Made by a program: the position numbers and the translations under genes. The notes under the pieces were generated by a model. That model was not told the DNA's origin, made no database searches, and worked only from the letters and a program-made list of their open reading frames with translations. From the NCBI GenBank assembly GCA_964016885.1, contig OZ024744.1, positions 92,256,001 to 92,320,000 of the forward strand: a stretch of DNA of 64,000 bases. The letters are read 5' to 3'. Origin of the DNA: Eledone cirrhosa. Its lineage: Eukaryota. Position 1 is the first letter of the stretch. Every line of letters begins with the position of its first letter. Positions 10,901-25,329 of this stretch are shown in pieces.

Positions 10901-13900
10901 CATTGGACTGTGGCCATGCTGGGGCACTGCATTCTTTTACTGGTTTCAGTCATTAGACTGTGGCCATGCTGGAGCACTGCTTCTTTTACTGGTTTCAGTC
11001 ATTAGACTGTGGCCTTGCTTGGGCACTGCCTTCTTTTAATGGTTTCAGTCATTAGACTGTGGCCATGCTGGGGCACTGCATTCTTTTACTGGTTTCAGTC
11101 ATTGGACTGTGGCCATGCTGGGGCACTGCCTTCTTTTACTGGTTTCAGTCATTGGACTGTGGCCATGCTGGGGCACTGCATTCTTTTACTGGTTTCAGTC
11201 ATTAGACTGTGGCCATGCTGGGGCACTGCCTTCTTTTATTGGTTTCAGTCATTAGACTCTGGCCATGCGGGAGCACTGCTTCTTTTACTGGTTTCAGTCA
11301 TTGGACTGTGGCCATGCTGGGGCACTTTCTTCTTTTACTGGTTTCAGTCATTAGACTGTGGCCATGCTGGGGCACTGCCTTCTTTTACTGGTTTCAGTCA
11401 TTAGACTGTGGCCATGCTGGAGCACTGCTTCTTTTACTGGTTTCAGTCATTGGACTGTAGCCATGCTGGGGCACTGCATTCTTTTACTGGTTTCTGTCAT
11501 TAGACTATGGCCATGCTGGGGCACTGCAGTCTTTTACTGGTTTCAGTCATTAGACTGTGGCCATGCTGGGGCACTGCATTCTTTTACTGGTTTCAGTCAT
11601 AAGACTGTGGCCATGCTGGGGCACTTTCTTCTTTTACTGGTTTCAGTCATTAGACTGTGGCCATGCTGGGGCACTGCCTTCTTTTACTGGTTTCAGTCAT
11701 TGGACTGTGGCCATGCTGGGGCACTGCATTCTTTTACTGGTTTCAGTCATTAGACTGTGGCCATGCTGGGGCACTGCCTTCTTTTACTGGTTTCAGTCAT
11801 TAGACTGTGGCCATGCTGGGGCACTGCCTTCTTTTACTGGTTTCAGTCATTGGACTGTGGCCATGCTGGGGAACTTTCTTCTTTTACTGGTTTCAGTCAT
11901 TAGACTGTGGCCATGCTGGGGCACTGCCTTCTTTTACTGGTTTCAGTCATTAGACTGTGGCCATGCTGGAGCACTGCTTCTTTTACTGGTTTCAGTCATT
12001 GGACTGTGGCCATGCTGGGGCACTGCATTCTTTTACTGGTTTCTGTCATTAGACTATGGCCATGCTGGGGCACTGCAGTCTTTTACTGGTTTCAGTCATT
12101 AGACTGTGGCCATGCTGGGGCACTGCATTCTTTTACTGGTTTCAGTCATTAGACTGTGGCCATGCTGGGGCACTTTCTTCTTTTACTGGTTTCAGTCATT
12201 AGACTGTGGCCATGCTGGGGCACTGCATTCTTTTACTGGTTTCAGTCATTGGACGGTGGCCATGCTGGGGCACTGCCTTCTTTTACTGGTTTCAGTCATT
12301 AGACTGTGGCCATGCTGGAGCACTGCTTCTTTTACTGGTTTCAGTCATTGGACTGTGGCCATGCTGGGGCACTGCATTCTTTTACTGGTTTCTGTCATTA
12401 GACTATGGCCATGCTGGGGCACTGCAGTCTTTTACTGGTTTCAGTCATTAGACTGTGGCCATGCTGGGGCACTGCCTTCTTTTACTGGTTTCAGTCATTA
12501 GACTGTGGCCATGCTGGGGCACTGCCTTCTTTTACTGGTTTCAGTCATTAGACTGTGGCCATGCTGGAGCACTGCTTCTTTTACTGGTTTCAGTCATTGG
12601 ACTGTGGCCATGCTGGGGCACTGCATTCTTTTACTGGTTTCTGTCATTAGACTATGGCCATGCTGGGGCACTGCAGTCTTTTACTGGTTTCAGTCATTAG
12701 ACTGTGGCCATGCTGGGGCACTGCCTTCTTTTACTGGTTTCAGTCATTAGACTGTGGCCATGCTGGGGCACTGCATTCTTTTACTGGTTTCAGTCATTGG
12801 ACTGTGGCCATGCTGGGGCACTGCAGTCTTTTACTGGTTTCAGTCATTAGACTGTGGCCATGCTGGGGCACTGCATTCTTTTACTGGTTTCAGTCATTAG
12901 ACTGTGGCCATGCTGGGGCACTGCCTTCTTTTACTGGTTTCTGTCATTAGACTGTGGCCATGCTGGGGCACTGCATTCTTTTACTGGTTTCAGTCATTAG
13001 ACAGTGGCCATTCTGGGGCACTGCCTTCTTTTACTGGTTTCTGTCATTAGACAGTGGCCATGCTGGGGCACTGCCTTCTTTTACTGGTTTCTGTCATTAG
13101 ACTGTGGCCATGCTGGGGCACTGCCTTCTTTTACTGGTTTCTGTCATTAGACTGTGGCCATGCTGGGGCACTGCCTTCTTTTACTGGTTTCAGTCATTGG
13201 ACTGTGGCCATGCTGGGGCACTGCATTCTTTTACTGGTTTCAGTCATTAGACTGTGGCCATGCTGGGGCACTGACTTCTTTTACTGGTTTCACTCATTGG
13301 ACTGTGGCCATACTGGGGCACTGCCTTCGTTTACTGGTTTCAGTCATTAGACTGTGACCATGCTGGGGCACTGCCTTCTTTTACTGGTTTCAGTCATTGG
13401 ACTGTGGCCATGCTGGGGCACTGCATTCTTTTACTGGTTTCAGTCATTAGATTGTGACCATACTGGGGCACTGCCTTCGTTTACTGGTTTCAGTCATTAG
13501 ACTGTGGCCATGCTGGGGCACTGCCTTCTTTTACTGGTTTCAGTCATTGGACTGTGGCCATTCTGGGGCACTGCATTCTTTTACTGGTTTCAGTCATTGG
13601 ACTGTGGCCATGCTGGGGCACTGCATTCTTTTACTGGTTTCAGTCATTGGACTGTGGCCATGCTGGGGCACTGCATTCTTTTACTGGTTTCAGTCATTAG
13701 ACTGTGGCCATCCTGGGGCACTGCCTTCTTTTACTGGTTTCAGTCATTGGACTGTGGCCATGCTGGGGCACTGCATTCTTTTACTGGTTTCAGTCATTGG
13801 ACTGTGGCCATGCTGGGGCACTGCATTCTTTTACTGGTTTCAATCATTACACTGTGGACATGCTGGGGCACTGCATTCTTTTACCGCTTTCAGTCATTAG

Positions 13901-14159
13901 ACTGTGGCCATGCTGGGGCACTGCATTCTTTTACTGGTTTCAGTCATTGGACTGTGGCCATGCTGGGGCACTGCATTCTTTTACTGGTTTCAGTCATTAG
14001 ACTGTGGCCATGCTGGGGCACTGCATTCTTTTACTGGTTTCAGTCATTGGACTGTGGCCATGCTGGGGCACTGCATTCTTTTACTGGTTTCAGTCATTAG
14101 ACTGTGGCAATGCTGGGGCACTGCCTTCTTTTACTGGTTTCAGTCATTGGACTGTGGCC

Positions 14160-17100
14160 ATGCTGGGGCACTGCATTCTTTTACTGGTTTCCGTCATTAG
14201 ACTGTGGCCATGCTGGGGCACTGCATTCTTTTACTGGTTTCAGTCATTGGACTGTGGCCATGCTGGGGCACTGCATTCTTTTACTGGTTTCAGTCATTGG
14301 ACTGTGGCCATGCTGGGGCACTGCATTCTTTTACTGGTTTCAGTCATTAGACTGTGGCCATGCTGGGGCACTGCATTCTTTTACTGGTTTCAGTCATTAG
14401 ACTGTGGCCATGCTGGGGCACTGCATTCTTTTACTGGTTTCAGTCATTAGACTGTGGCCATGCTGGGGCACTGCATTCTTTTACTGGTTTCAGTCATTGG
14501 ATTGTGGCCATGCTGGGGCACTGGATTCTTTTACTGGTTTCAGTCATTAGACTGTGGCCATGCTGGGGCACTGCATTCTTTTACTGGTTTCAGTCATTGG
14601 ACTGTGGCCATGCTGGGGCACTGCATTCTTTTACTGGTTTCAGTCATTAGACTGTGGCCATGCTGGGGCACTGCCTTCTTTTACTGGTTTCAGTCATTGG
14701 ACTGTGGCCATGCTGGGGCACTGCATTCTTTTACTGGTTTCAGTCATTAGACTGTGGCCATGCTGGGGCACTGCCTTCATTTACTGGTTTCAGTCATTGG
14801 ACTGTGGCCATGCTGGGGCACTGCATTCTTTTACTGGTTTCAGTCATTAGACTGTGGCCATGCTGGGGCACTGCATTCTTTTACTGGTTTCAGTCATTGG
14901 ACTGTGGCCATGCTGGGGCACTGCATTCTTTTACTGGTTTCAGTCATTGGACTGTGGCCATGCTGGGGCACTGCATTCTTTTACTGGTTTCAGTCATTAG
15001 ACTGTGGCCATGCTGGGGCACTGCATTCTTTTACTGGTTTCAGTCATTAGACTGTGGCCATGCTGGGGCACTGCATTCTTTTACTGGTTTCAGTCATTGG
15101 ACTGTGGCCATGCTGGGGCACTGCATTCTTTTACTGGTTTCAGTCATTAGACTGTGGCCATGCTGGGGCACTGCATTCTTTTACTGGTTTCAGTCATTGG
15201 ACTGTGGCCATGCTGGGGCACTGTATTCTTTTACTTGTTTCAGTCATTAGACTGTGGCCATGCTGGGGCACTGCCTTCTTTTACTTGTTTCAGTCATTAG
15301 ACTGTGGCCATGCTTGGGCACTGCCTTCTTTTACTGGTTTCAGTCATGGGACTGTGGCCATGCTGGGGCACTGCCTTCTTTTACTGGTTTCACTCATTGG
15401 ACTGTGGCCGTGCTGGGGCACTGCATTCTTTTACTGGTTTCTGTCATTAGACTGTGGACATGCTGGGGCACTGCCTTCTTTTACTGGTTACAGTCATTAT
15501 ACTGTGGCCATGCTGGCGCACTTTCTTCTTTTACTGGTTTCAGTCATTAGACTGTGGCCATGCTGGGGCACTGCTTCTTTTACTGGTTTCAGTTTTTGGA
15601 CTGTGATCATGCTGGGGCACTGCATTCTTTTACTGGTTTCAGTCATTAGACTGTGACCATGCTGGTGCACTGCCTTCCTTTACTGGTTTCTGTCATTAGA
15701 CTGTCGCCATGCTGGGGCACTGCCTTCTTCTACTGGTTTCAGTCATTAGACTGTGGCAATGCTGGGGCACTTTCTTCTTTTACTGGTTTCAGTCATTAGA
15801 TTGTGGCCATGCTGGGGCACTGCAGTCTTTTACTGGTTTCAGTCATTAGACTGTGGCCATGCTGGGGCACTGCCTTCTTTTACTGGTTTCAGTCATTGGA
15901 CTGTGGCCATGCTGTGGCACTGCCTTCTTTTACTGGTTTCAGTCATTGGACTGTGGCCATGCTGGGGCACTGCATTCTTTTACTGGTTTCTGTCATTAGA
16001 CTGTGGCCATGCTGGGGCACTGCCTTCTTTTACTGGTTTCTGTCATTAGACTATGGCCATGCTGGGGCACTGCAGTCTTTTACTGGTTTCAGTCATTGGA
16101 CTGTGGCCATGCTGGGGCACTGCATTCTTTTACTGGTTTCAGTCATTGGACTGTGGCCATGCTGGGGCACTGCATTCTTTTACTGGTTTCAGTCATTAGA
16201 CTGTGGCCATGCTGGGGCACTGCCTTTTTTTACTGGTTTCTGTCATTAGACTGTGGCCATGCTGGGGCACTGCCTTCTTTTACTGGTTTCAGTCATTGGA
16301 CTGTGGTCATGCTGGGGCACTGCATTCTTTTACTGGTTTCAATCATTAGACTGTGGCCATGCTGGGGCACTGCCTTCTTTTACTGGTTTCAGTCATTGGA
16401 CTGTGGCCATGCTGGGGCACTGCATTCTTTTACTGGTTTCAGTCATTAGACTGTGGCCATGCTGGGGCACTGCCTTCTTTTACTGGTTTCTGTCATTAGA
16501 CTGTGGCCATGCTGGGGCACTGCCTTCTTTTACTGGTTTCAGTCATTGGACTGTGGCCATGCTGGGGCACTGCATTCTTTTACTGGTTTCAGTCATTAGA
16601 CTGTGGCCATGCTGGGGCACTGCCTTCTTTTACTGGTTTCAGTCATTGGACTGTGGCCATACTGGGGCACTGCCTTCGTTTACTGGTTTCAGTCATTAGA
16701 CTGTGGCCATGCTGGGGCACTGCCTTCTTTTACTGGTTTCAGTCATTGGACTGTGGCCATGCTGGGGCACTGCATTCTTTTACTGGTTTCAGTCATTAGA
16801 CTGTGGCCATACTGGGGCACTGCCTTCGTTTACTGGTTTCAGTCATTAGACTGTGGCCATGCTGGGGCACTGCCTTCTTTTATTGGTTTCATTCATTGGA
16901 CTGTGGCCATGCTGGGGCACTGCATTCTTTTACTGGTTTCAGTCATTGGACTGTGGCCATGCTGGGGCACTGCATTCTTTTACTGGTTTCAGTCATTGGA
17001 CTGTGGCCATGCTGGGGCACTGCATTCTTTTACTGGTTTCAGTCATTAGACTGTGGCCATGCTTGGGCACTGCCTTCTTTTACTGGTTTCAGTCATGGGA

Positions 17101-20100
17101 CTGTGGCCATGCTGGGGCACTGCCTTCTTTTACTGGTTTCAGTCATTGGACTGTGGCCATGCTGGGGCACTGCATTCTTTTACTGGTTTCCGTCATTAGA
17201 CTGTGGCCATGCTGGGGCACTGCATTCTTTTACTGGTTTCAGTCATTGGACTGTGGCCATGCTGGGGCACTGCATTCTTTTACTGGTTTCAGTCATTGGA
17301 CTGTGGCCATGCTGGGGCACTGCATTCTTTTACTGGTTTCAGTCATTAGACTGTGGCCATGCTGGGGCACTGCATTCTTTTACTGGTTTCAGTCATTAGA
17401 CTGTGGCCATGCTGGGGCACTGCATTCTTTTACTGGTTTCAGTCATTAGACTGTGGCCATGCTGGGGCACTGCATTCTTTTACTGGTTTCAGTCATTGGA
17501 TTGTGGCCATGCTGGGGCACTGGATTCTTTTACTGGTTTCAGTCATTAGACTGTGGCCATGCTGGGGCACTGCATTCTTTTACTGGTTTCAGTCATTGGA
17601 CTGTGGCCATGCTGGGGCACTGCATTCTTTTACTGGTTTCAGTCATTAGACTGTGGCCATGCTGGGGCACTGCCTTCTTTTACTGGTTTCAGTCATTGGA
17701 CTGTGGCCATGCTGGGGCACTGCATTCTTTTACTGGTTTCAGTCATTAGACTGTGGCCATGCTGGGGCACTGCCTTCATTTACTGGTTTCAGTCATTGGA
17801 CTGTGGCCATGCTGGGGCACTGCATTCTTTTACTGGTTTCAGTCATTAGACTGTGGCCATGCTGGGGCACTGCATTCTTTTACTGGTTTCAGTCATTGGA
17901 CTGTGGCCATGCTGGGGCACTGCATTCTTTTACTGGTTTCAGTCATTGGACTGTGGCCATGCTGGGGCACTGCATTCTTTTACTGGTTTCAGTCATTAGA
18001 CTGTGGCCATGCTGGGGCACTGCATTCTTTTACTGGTTTCAGTCATTAGACTGTGGCCATGCTGGGGCACTGCATTCTTTTACTGGTTTCAGTCATTGGA
18101 CTGTGGCCATGCTGGGGCACTGCATTCTTTTACTGGTTTCAGTCATTAGACTGTGGCCATGCTGGGGCACTGCATTCTTTTACTGGTTTCAGTCATTGGA
18201 CTGTGGCCATGCTGGGGCACTGTATTCTTTTACTTGTTTCAGTCATTAGACTGTGGCCATGCTGGGGCACTGCCTTCTTTTACTTGTTTCAGTCATTAGA
18301 CTGTGGCCATGCTTGGGCACTGCCTTCTTTTACTGGTTTCAGTCATGGGACTGTGGCCATGCTGGGGCACTGCCTTCTTTTACTGGTTTCACTCATTGGA
18401 CTGTGGCCGTGCTGGGGCACTGCATTCTTTTACTGGTTTCTGTCATTAGACTGTGGACATGCTGGGGCACTGCCTTCTTTTACTGGTTACAGTCATTATA
18501 CTGTGGCCATGCTGGCGCACTTTCTTCTTTTACTGGTTTCAGTCATTAGACTGTGGCCATGCTGGGGCACTGCTTCTTTTACTGGTTTCAGTTTTTGGAC
18601 TGTGATCATGCTGGGGCACTGCATTCTTTTACTGGTTTCAGTCATTAGACTGTGACCATGCTGGTGCACTGCCTTCCTTTACTGGTTTCTGTCATTAGAC
18701 TGTCGCCATGCTGGGGCACTGCCTTCTTCTACTGGTTTCAGTCATTAGACTGTGGCAATGCTGGGGCACTTTCTTCTTTTACTGGTTTCAGTCATTAGAT
18801 TGTGGCCATGCTGGGGCACTGCAGTCTTTTACTGGTTTCAGTCATTAGACTGTGGCCATGCTGGGGCACTGCCTTCTTTTACTGGTTTCAGTCATTGGAC
18901 TGTGGCCATGCTGTGGCACTGCCTTCTTTTACTGGTTTCAGTCATTGGACTGTGGCCATGCTGGGGCACTGCATTCTTTTACTGGTTTCTGTCATTAGAC
19001 TGTGGCCATGCTGGGGCACTGCCTTCTTTTACTGGTTTCTGTCATTAGACTATGGCCATGCTGGGGCACTGCAGTCTTTTACTGGTTTCAGTCATTGGAC
19101 TGTGGCCATGCTGGGGCACTGCATTCTTTTACTGGTTTCAGTCATTGGACTGTGGCCATGCTGGGGCACTGCATTCTTTTACTGGTTTCAGTCATTAGAC
19201 TGTGGCCATGCTGGGGCACTGCCTTTTTTTACTGGTTTCTGTCATTAGACTGTGGCCATGCTGGGGCACTGCCTTCTTTTACTGGTTTCAGTCATTGGAC
19301 TGTGGTCATGCTGGGGCACTGCATTCTTTTACTGGTTTCAATCATTAGACTGTGGCCATGCTGGGGCACTGCCTTCTTTTACTGGTTTCAGTCATTGGAC
19401 TGTGGCCATGCTGGGGCACTGCATTCTTTTACTGGTTTCAGTCATTAGACTGTGGCCATGCTGGGGCACTGCCTTCTTTTACTGGTTTCTGTCATTAGAC
19501 TGTGGCCATGCTGGGGCACTGCCTTCTTTTACTGGTTTCAGTCATTGGACTGTGGCCATGCTGGGGCACTGCATTCTTTTACTGGTTTCAGTCATTAGAC
19601 TGTGGCCATGCTGGGGCACTGCCTTCTTTTACTGGTTTCAGTCATTGGACTGTGGCCATACTGGGGCACTGCCTTCGTTTACTGGTTTCAGTCATTAGAC
19701 TGTGGCCATGCTGGGGCACTGCCTTCTTTTACTGGTTTCAGTCATTGGACTGTGGCCATGCTGGGGCACTGCATTCTTTTACTGGTTTCAGTCATTAGAC
19801 TGTGGCCATACTGGGGCACTGCCTTCGTTTACTGGTTTCAGTCATTAGACTGTGGCCATGCTGGGGCACTGCCTTCTTTTATTGGTTTCATTCATTGGAC
19901 TGTGGCCATGCTGGGGCACTGCATTCTTTTACTGGTTTCAGTCATTGGACTGTGGCCATGCTGGGGCACTGCATTCTTTTACTGGTTTCAGTCATTGGAC
20001 TGTGGCCATGCTGGGGCACTGCATTCTTTTACTGGTTTCAGTCATTAGACTGTGGCCATGCTTGGGCACTGCCTTCTTTTACTGGTTTCAGTCATGGGAC

Positions 20101-23100
20101 TGTGGCCATGCTGGGGCACTGCCTTCTTTTACTGGTTTCAGTCATTGGACTGTGGCCATGCTGGGGCACTGCATTCTTTTACTGGTTTCTGTCATTAGAC
20201 TGTGGCCATGCTGGAGCACTGCTTCTTTTACTGGTTTCAGTCATTAGACTGTGGCCATGCTGGGGCACTGCATTCTTTTACTGGTTTCAGTCATTGGACT
20301 GTGGCCATGCTGGGGCACTGCATTCTTTTACTGGTTTCAGTCATTAGACTGTGGCAATGCTGGGGCACTGCCTTCTTTTACTGGTTTCAGTCATTGGACT
20401 GTGGCCATGCTGGGGCACTGCATTCTTTTACTGGTTTCAGTCATTAGACTGTGGCCATGCTGGGGCACTGCATTCTTTTACTGGTTTCAGTCATTAGACT
20501 GTGGCCATGCTGGGGCACTGCATTCTTTTACTGGTTTCAGTCATTGGACTGTGGCCATGCTGGGGCACTGCATTCTTTTACTGGTTTCAGTCATTAGACT
20601 GTGGCCATGCTGGGGCACTGCATTCTTTTACTGGTTTCAGTCATTAGACTGTGGCCATGCCGGGGCACTGCATTCTTTTACTGGTTTCAGTCATTGGACT
20701 GCGGCCATGCTGGGGCACGGCATTCTTTTACTGGTTTCAGTCATTAGACTGTGGCCATGCTGGGGCACTGCATTCTTTTACTGGTTTCAGTCATTGGACT
20801 GTGGCCATGCTGGGGCACTGCATTCTTTTACTGGTTTCAGTCATTAGACTGTGGCCATGCTGGGGCACTGCCTTCATTTACTGGTTTCAGTCATTGGACT
20901 GTGGCCATGCTGGGGCACTGCATTCTTTTACTGGTTTCAGTCATTAGACTGTGGCCATGCTGGGGTACTGCATTCTTTTACTGGTTTCAGTCATTGGACT
21001 GTGGCCATGCTGGGGCACTGCATTCTTTTACTGGTTTCAGTCATTGGACTGTGGCCATGCTGGGGCACTGCATTCTTTTACTGGTTTCAGTCATTAGACT
21101 GTGGCCATGCTGGGGCACTGCATTCTTTTACTGGTTTCAGTCATTAGACTGTGGCCATGCTGGGGCACTGCATTCTTTTACTGGTTTCAGTCATTGGACT
21201 GTGGCCATGCTGGGGCACTGCATTCTTTTACTGGTTTCAGTCATTAGACTGTGGCCATGCTGGGGCACTGCATTCTTTTACTGGTTTCAGTCATTGGACT
21301 GTGGCCATGCTGGGGCACTGTATTCTTTTACTTGTTTCAGTCATTAGACTGTGGCCATGCTGGGGCACTGCATTCTTTTACTGGTTTCAGTCATTAGACT
21401 GTGGCCATGCTTGGGCACTGCCTTCTTTTACTGGTTTCAGTCATGGGACTGTGGCCATGCTGGGGCACTGCCTTCTTTTACTGGTTTCACTCATTGGACT
21501 GTGGCCGTGCTGGGGCACTGCATTCTTTTACTGGTTTCTGTCATTAGACTGTGGCCATGCTGGGGCACTGCCTTCTTTTACTGGTTACAGTCATTATACT
21601 GTGGCCATGCTGGGGCACTTTCTTCTTTTACTGGTTTCAGTCATTAGACTGTGGCCATGCTGGGGCACTGCTTCTTTTACTGGTTTCAGTTATTGGACTG
21701 TGATCATGCTGGGGCACTGCATTCTTTTACTGGTTTCAGTCATTAGACTGTGACCATGCTGGGGCACTGCCTTCCTTTACTGGTTTCTGTCATTAGACTG
21801 TCGCCATGCTGGGGCACTGCCTTCTTCTACTGGTTTCAGTCATTAGACTGTGGCCATGCTGGGGCACTTTCTTCTTTTACTGGTTTCAGTCATTAGATTG
21901 TGGCCATGCTGGGGCACTGCAGTCTTTTACTGGTTTCAGTCATTAGACTGTGGCCATGCTGGGGCACTGCCTTCTTTTACTGGTTTCAGTCATTGGACTG
22001 TGGCCATGCTGTGGCACTGCCTTCTTTTACTGGTTTCAGTCATTGGACTGTGGCCATGCTGGGGCACTGCATTCTTTTACTGGTTTCTGTCATTAGACTG
22101 TGGCCATGCTGGGGCACTGCCTTCTTTTACTGGTTTCTGTCATTAGACTATGGCCATGCTGGGGCACTGCAGTCTTTTACTGGTTTCAGTCATTGGACTG
22201 TGGCCATGCTGGGTCACTGCATTCTTTTACTGGTTTCAGTCATTGGACTGTGGCCATGCTGGGGCACTGCATTCTTTTACTGGTTTCAGTCATTAGACTG
22301 TGGCCATGCTGGGGCACTGCCTTTTTTTACTGGTTTCTGTCATTAGACTGTGGCCATGCTGGGGCACTGCCTTCTTTTACTGGTTTCAGTCATTGGACTG
22401 TGGCCATGCTGGGGCACTGCATTCTTTTACTGGTTTCAGTCATTAGACTGTGGCCATGCTGGGGCACTGCCTTCTTTTACTGGTTTCAGTCATTGGACTG
22501 TGGCCATGCTGGGGCACTGCATTCTTTTACTGGTTTCAGTCATTAGACTATGGCCATGCTGGGGCACTGCCTTCTTTTACTGGTTTCTGTCATTAGACTG
22601 TGGCCATGCTGGGGCACTGCCTTCTTTTACTGGTTTCAGTCATTGGACTGTGGCCATGCTGGGGCACTGCATTCTTTTACTGGTTTCAGTCATTAGACTG
22701 TGGCCATGCTGGGGCACTGCCTTCTTTTACTGGTTTCAGTCATTGGACTGTGGCCATACTGGGGCACTGCCTTCGTTTACTGGTTTCAGTCATTAGACTG
22801 TGGCCATGCTGGGGCACTGCCTTCTTTTACTGGTTTCAGTCATTGGACTGTGGCCATGCTGGGGCACTGCATTCTTTTACTGGTTTCAGTCATTAGACTG
22901 TGGCCATACTGGGGCACTGCCTTCGTTTACTGGTTTCAGTCATTAGACTGTGGCCATGCTGGGGCACTGCCTTCTTTTATTGGTTTCATTCATTGGACTG
23001 TGGCCATGCTGGGGCACTGCATTCTTTTACTGGTTTCAGTCATTGGACTGTGGCCATGCTGGGGCACTGCATTCTTTTACTGGTTTCAGTCATTGGACTG

Positions 23101-23260
23101 TGGCCATGCTGGGGCACTGCATTCTTTTACTGGTTTCAGTCATTAGACTGTGGCCATGCTTGGGCACTGCCTTCTTTTACTGGTTTCAGTCATGGGACTG
23201 TGGCCATGCTGGGGCACTGCCTTCTTTTACTGGTTTCAGTCATTGGACTGTGGCCATGCT
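14160..23260. repeat. ~3.0-kb (60-monomer) higher-order repeat: two near-identical tandem copies plus a third, slightly diverged copy
   Basis: Offset 2999: CCGTC variant at 14191/17190 and identical ORFs 14354/17353, 15054/18053, 16603/19602. The third copy is at offset 3098 (18053/21151, 18752/21850, 19602/22700). Confidence 0.93.
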
Positions 23261-25329
23261 GGGGCACTGCATTCTTTTACTGGTTTCTGTCATTAGACTG
23301 TGGCCATGCTGGTGCACTGCCTTCTTTTACTGGTTACAGTCATTATACTGTGGCCATGCTGGAGCACTGCTTCTTTTACTGGTTTCAGTCATTAGACTGT
23401 GGCCATGCTGGGGCACTGCATTCTTTTACTGGTTTCAGTCATTGGACTGTGGCCATGCTGGGGCACTGCATTCTTTTACTGGTTTCAGTCATTAGACTGT
23501 GGCAATGCTGGGGCACTGCCTTCTTTTACTGGTTTCAGTCATTGGACTGTGGCCATGCTGGGGCACTGCATTCTTTTACTGGTTTCAGTCATTAGACTGT
23601 GGCCATGCTGGGGCACTGCATTCTTTTACTGGTTTCAGTCATTAGACTGTGGCCATGCTGGGGCACTGCATTCTTTTACTGGTTTCAGTCATTGGACTGT
23701 GGCCATGCTGGGGCACTGCATTCTTTTACTGGTTTCAGTCATTAGACTGTAGCCATGCTGGGGCACTGCATTCTTTTACTGGTTTCAGTCATTGGACTGT
23801 GGCCATGCTGGGGCACTGCATTCTTTTACCCGGTTTCAGTCATTAGACTGTGGCCATGCTGGGGCACTGCCTTCTTTTACTGGTTTCAGTCATTGGACTG
23901 TGGCCATGCTGGGGCACTGCATTCTTTTACTGGTTTCAGTCATTAGACTGTGGCCATGCTGGGGCACTGCATTCTTTTACTGGTTTCAGTCATTGGACTG
24001 TGGCCATGCTGGGGCACTGCATTCTTTTACTGGTTTCAGTCATTGGACTGTGGCCATGCTGGGGCACTGCATTCTTCTACTGGTTTCAGTCATTAGACTG
24101 TGGCCATGCTGGGGCACTGCATTCTTTTACTGGTTTCAGTCATTAGACTGTGGCCATGCTGGGGCACTGCATTCTTTTACTGGTTTCAGTCATTAGACTG
24201 TGGCCATGCTGGGGCACTGCATTCTTTTACTGGTTTCAGTCATTGGACTGTGGCCATGCTGGGGCACTGCATTCTTTTACTGGTTTCAGTCATTAGACTG
24301 TGGCCATGCTGGGGCACTGCATTCTTTTACTGGTTTCAGTCATTGGACTGTGGCCATGCTGGGGCACTGCATTCTTTTACTGGTTTCAGTCATTAGACTG
24401 TGGCCATGCTGGGGCACTGCCTTCTTTTACTGGTTTCAGTCATTGGACTGTGGCCATGCTGGGGCACTGCATTCTTTTACTGGTTTCAGTCATTAGACTG
24501 TGGCCATGCTGGGGCACTGCATTCTTTTACTGGTTTCAGTCATTGGACTGTGGCCATGCTGGGGCACTGCATTCTTTTACTGGTTTCAGTCATTAGACTG
24601 TGGCCATGCTGGGGCACTGCATTCTTTTACTGGTTTCAGTCATTAGACTGTGGCCATGCTGGGGCACTGCATTCTTTTACTGGTTTCAGTCATTGGACTG
24701 CGGCCATGCTGGGGCACTGCATTCTTTTACTGGTTTCAGTCATTAGACTGTGGCCATGCTGGGGCACTGCATTCTTTTACTGGTTTCAGTCATTGGACTG
24801 TGGCCATGCTGGGGCACTGCATTCTTTTACTGGTTTCAGTCATTAGACTGTGGCCATGCTGGGGCACTGCCTTCATTTACTGGTTTCAGTCATTGGACTG
24901 TGGCCATGCTGGGGCACTGCATTCTTTTACTGGTTTCAGTCATTAGACTGTGGCCATGCTGGGGCACTGCATTCTTTTACTGGTTTCAGTCATTGGACTG
25001 TGGCCATGCTGGGGCACTGCATTCTTTTACTGGTTTCAGTCATTGGACTGTGGCCATGCTGGGGCACTGCATTCTTTTACTGGTTTCAGTCATTAGACTG
25101 TGGCCATGCTGGGGCACTGCATTCTTTTACTGGTTTCAGTCATTAGACTGTGGCCATGCTGGGGCACTGCATTCTTTTACTGGTTTCAGTCATTGGACTG
25201 TGGCCATGCTGGGGCACTGCATTCTTTTACTGGTTTCAGTCATTAGACTGTGGCCATGCTGGGGCACTGCATTCTTTTACTGGTTTCAGTCATTGGACTG
25301 TGGCCATGCTGGGGCACTGTATTCTTTTA

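Noticed and set aside
23826-23836. Unique 51-bp monomer (TTTACCCGGTTT)
   Set aside because: It is a singleton absent from the paralogous positions (~33975, ~37025), so it is either a private mutation or a sequencing error.
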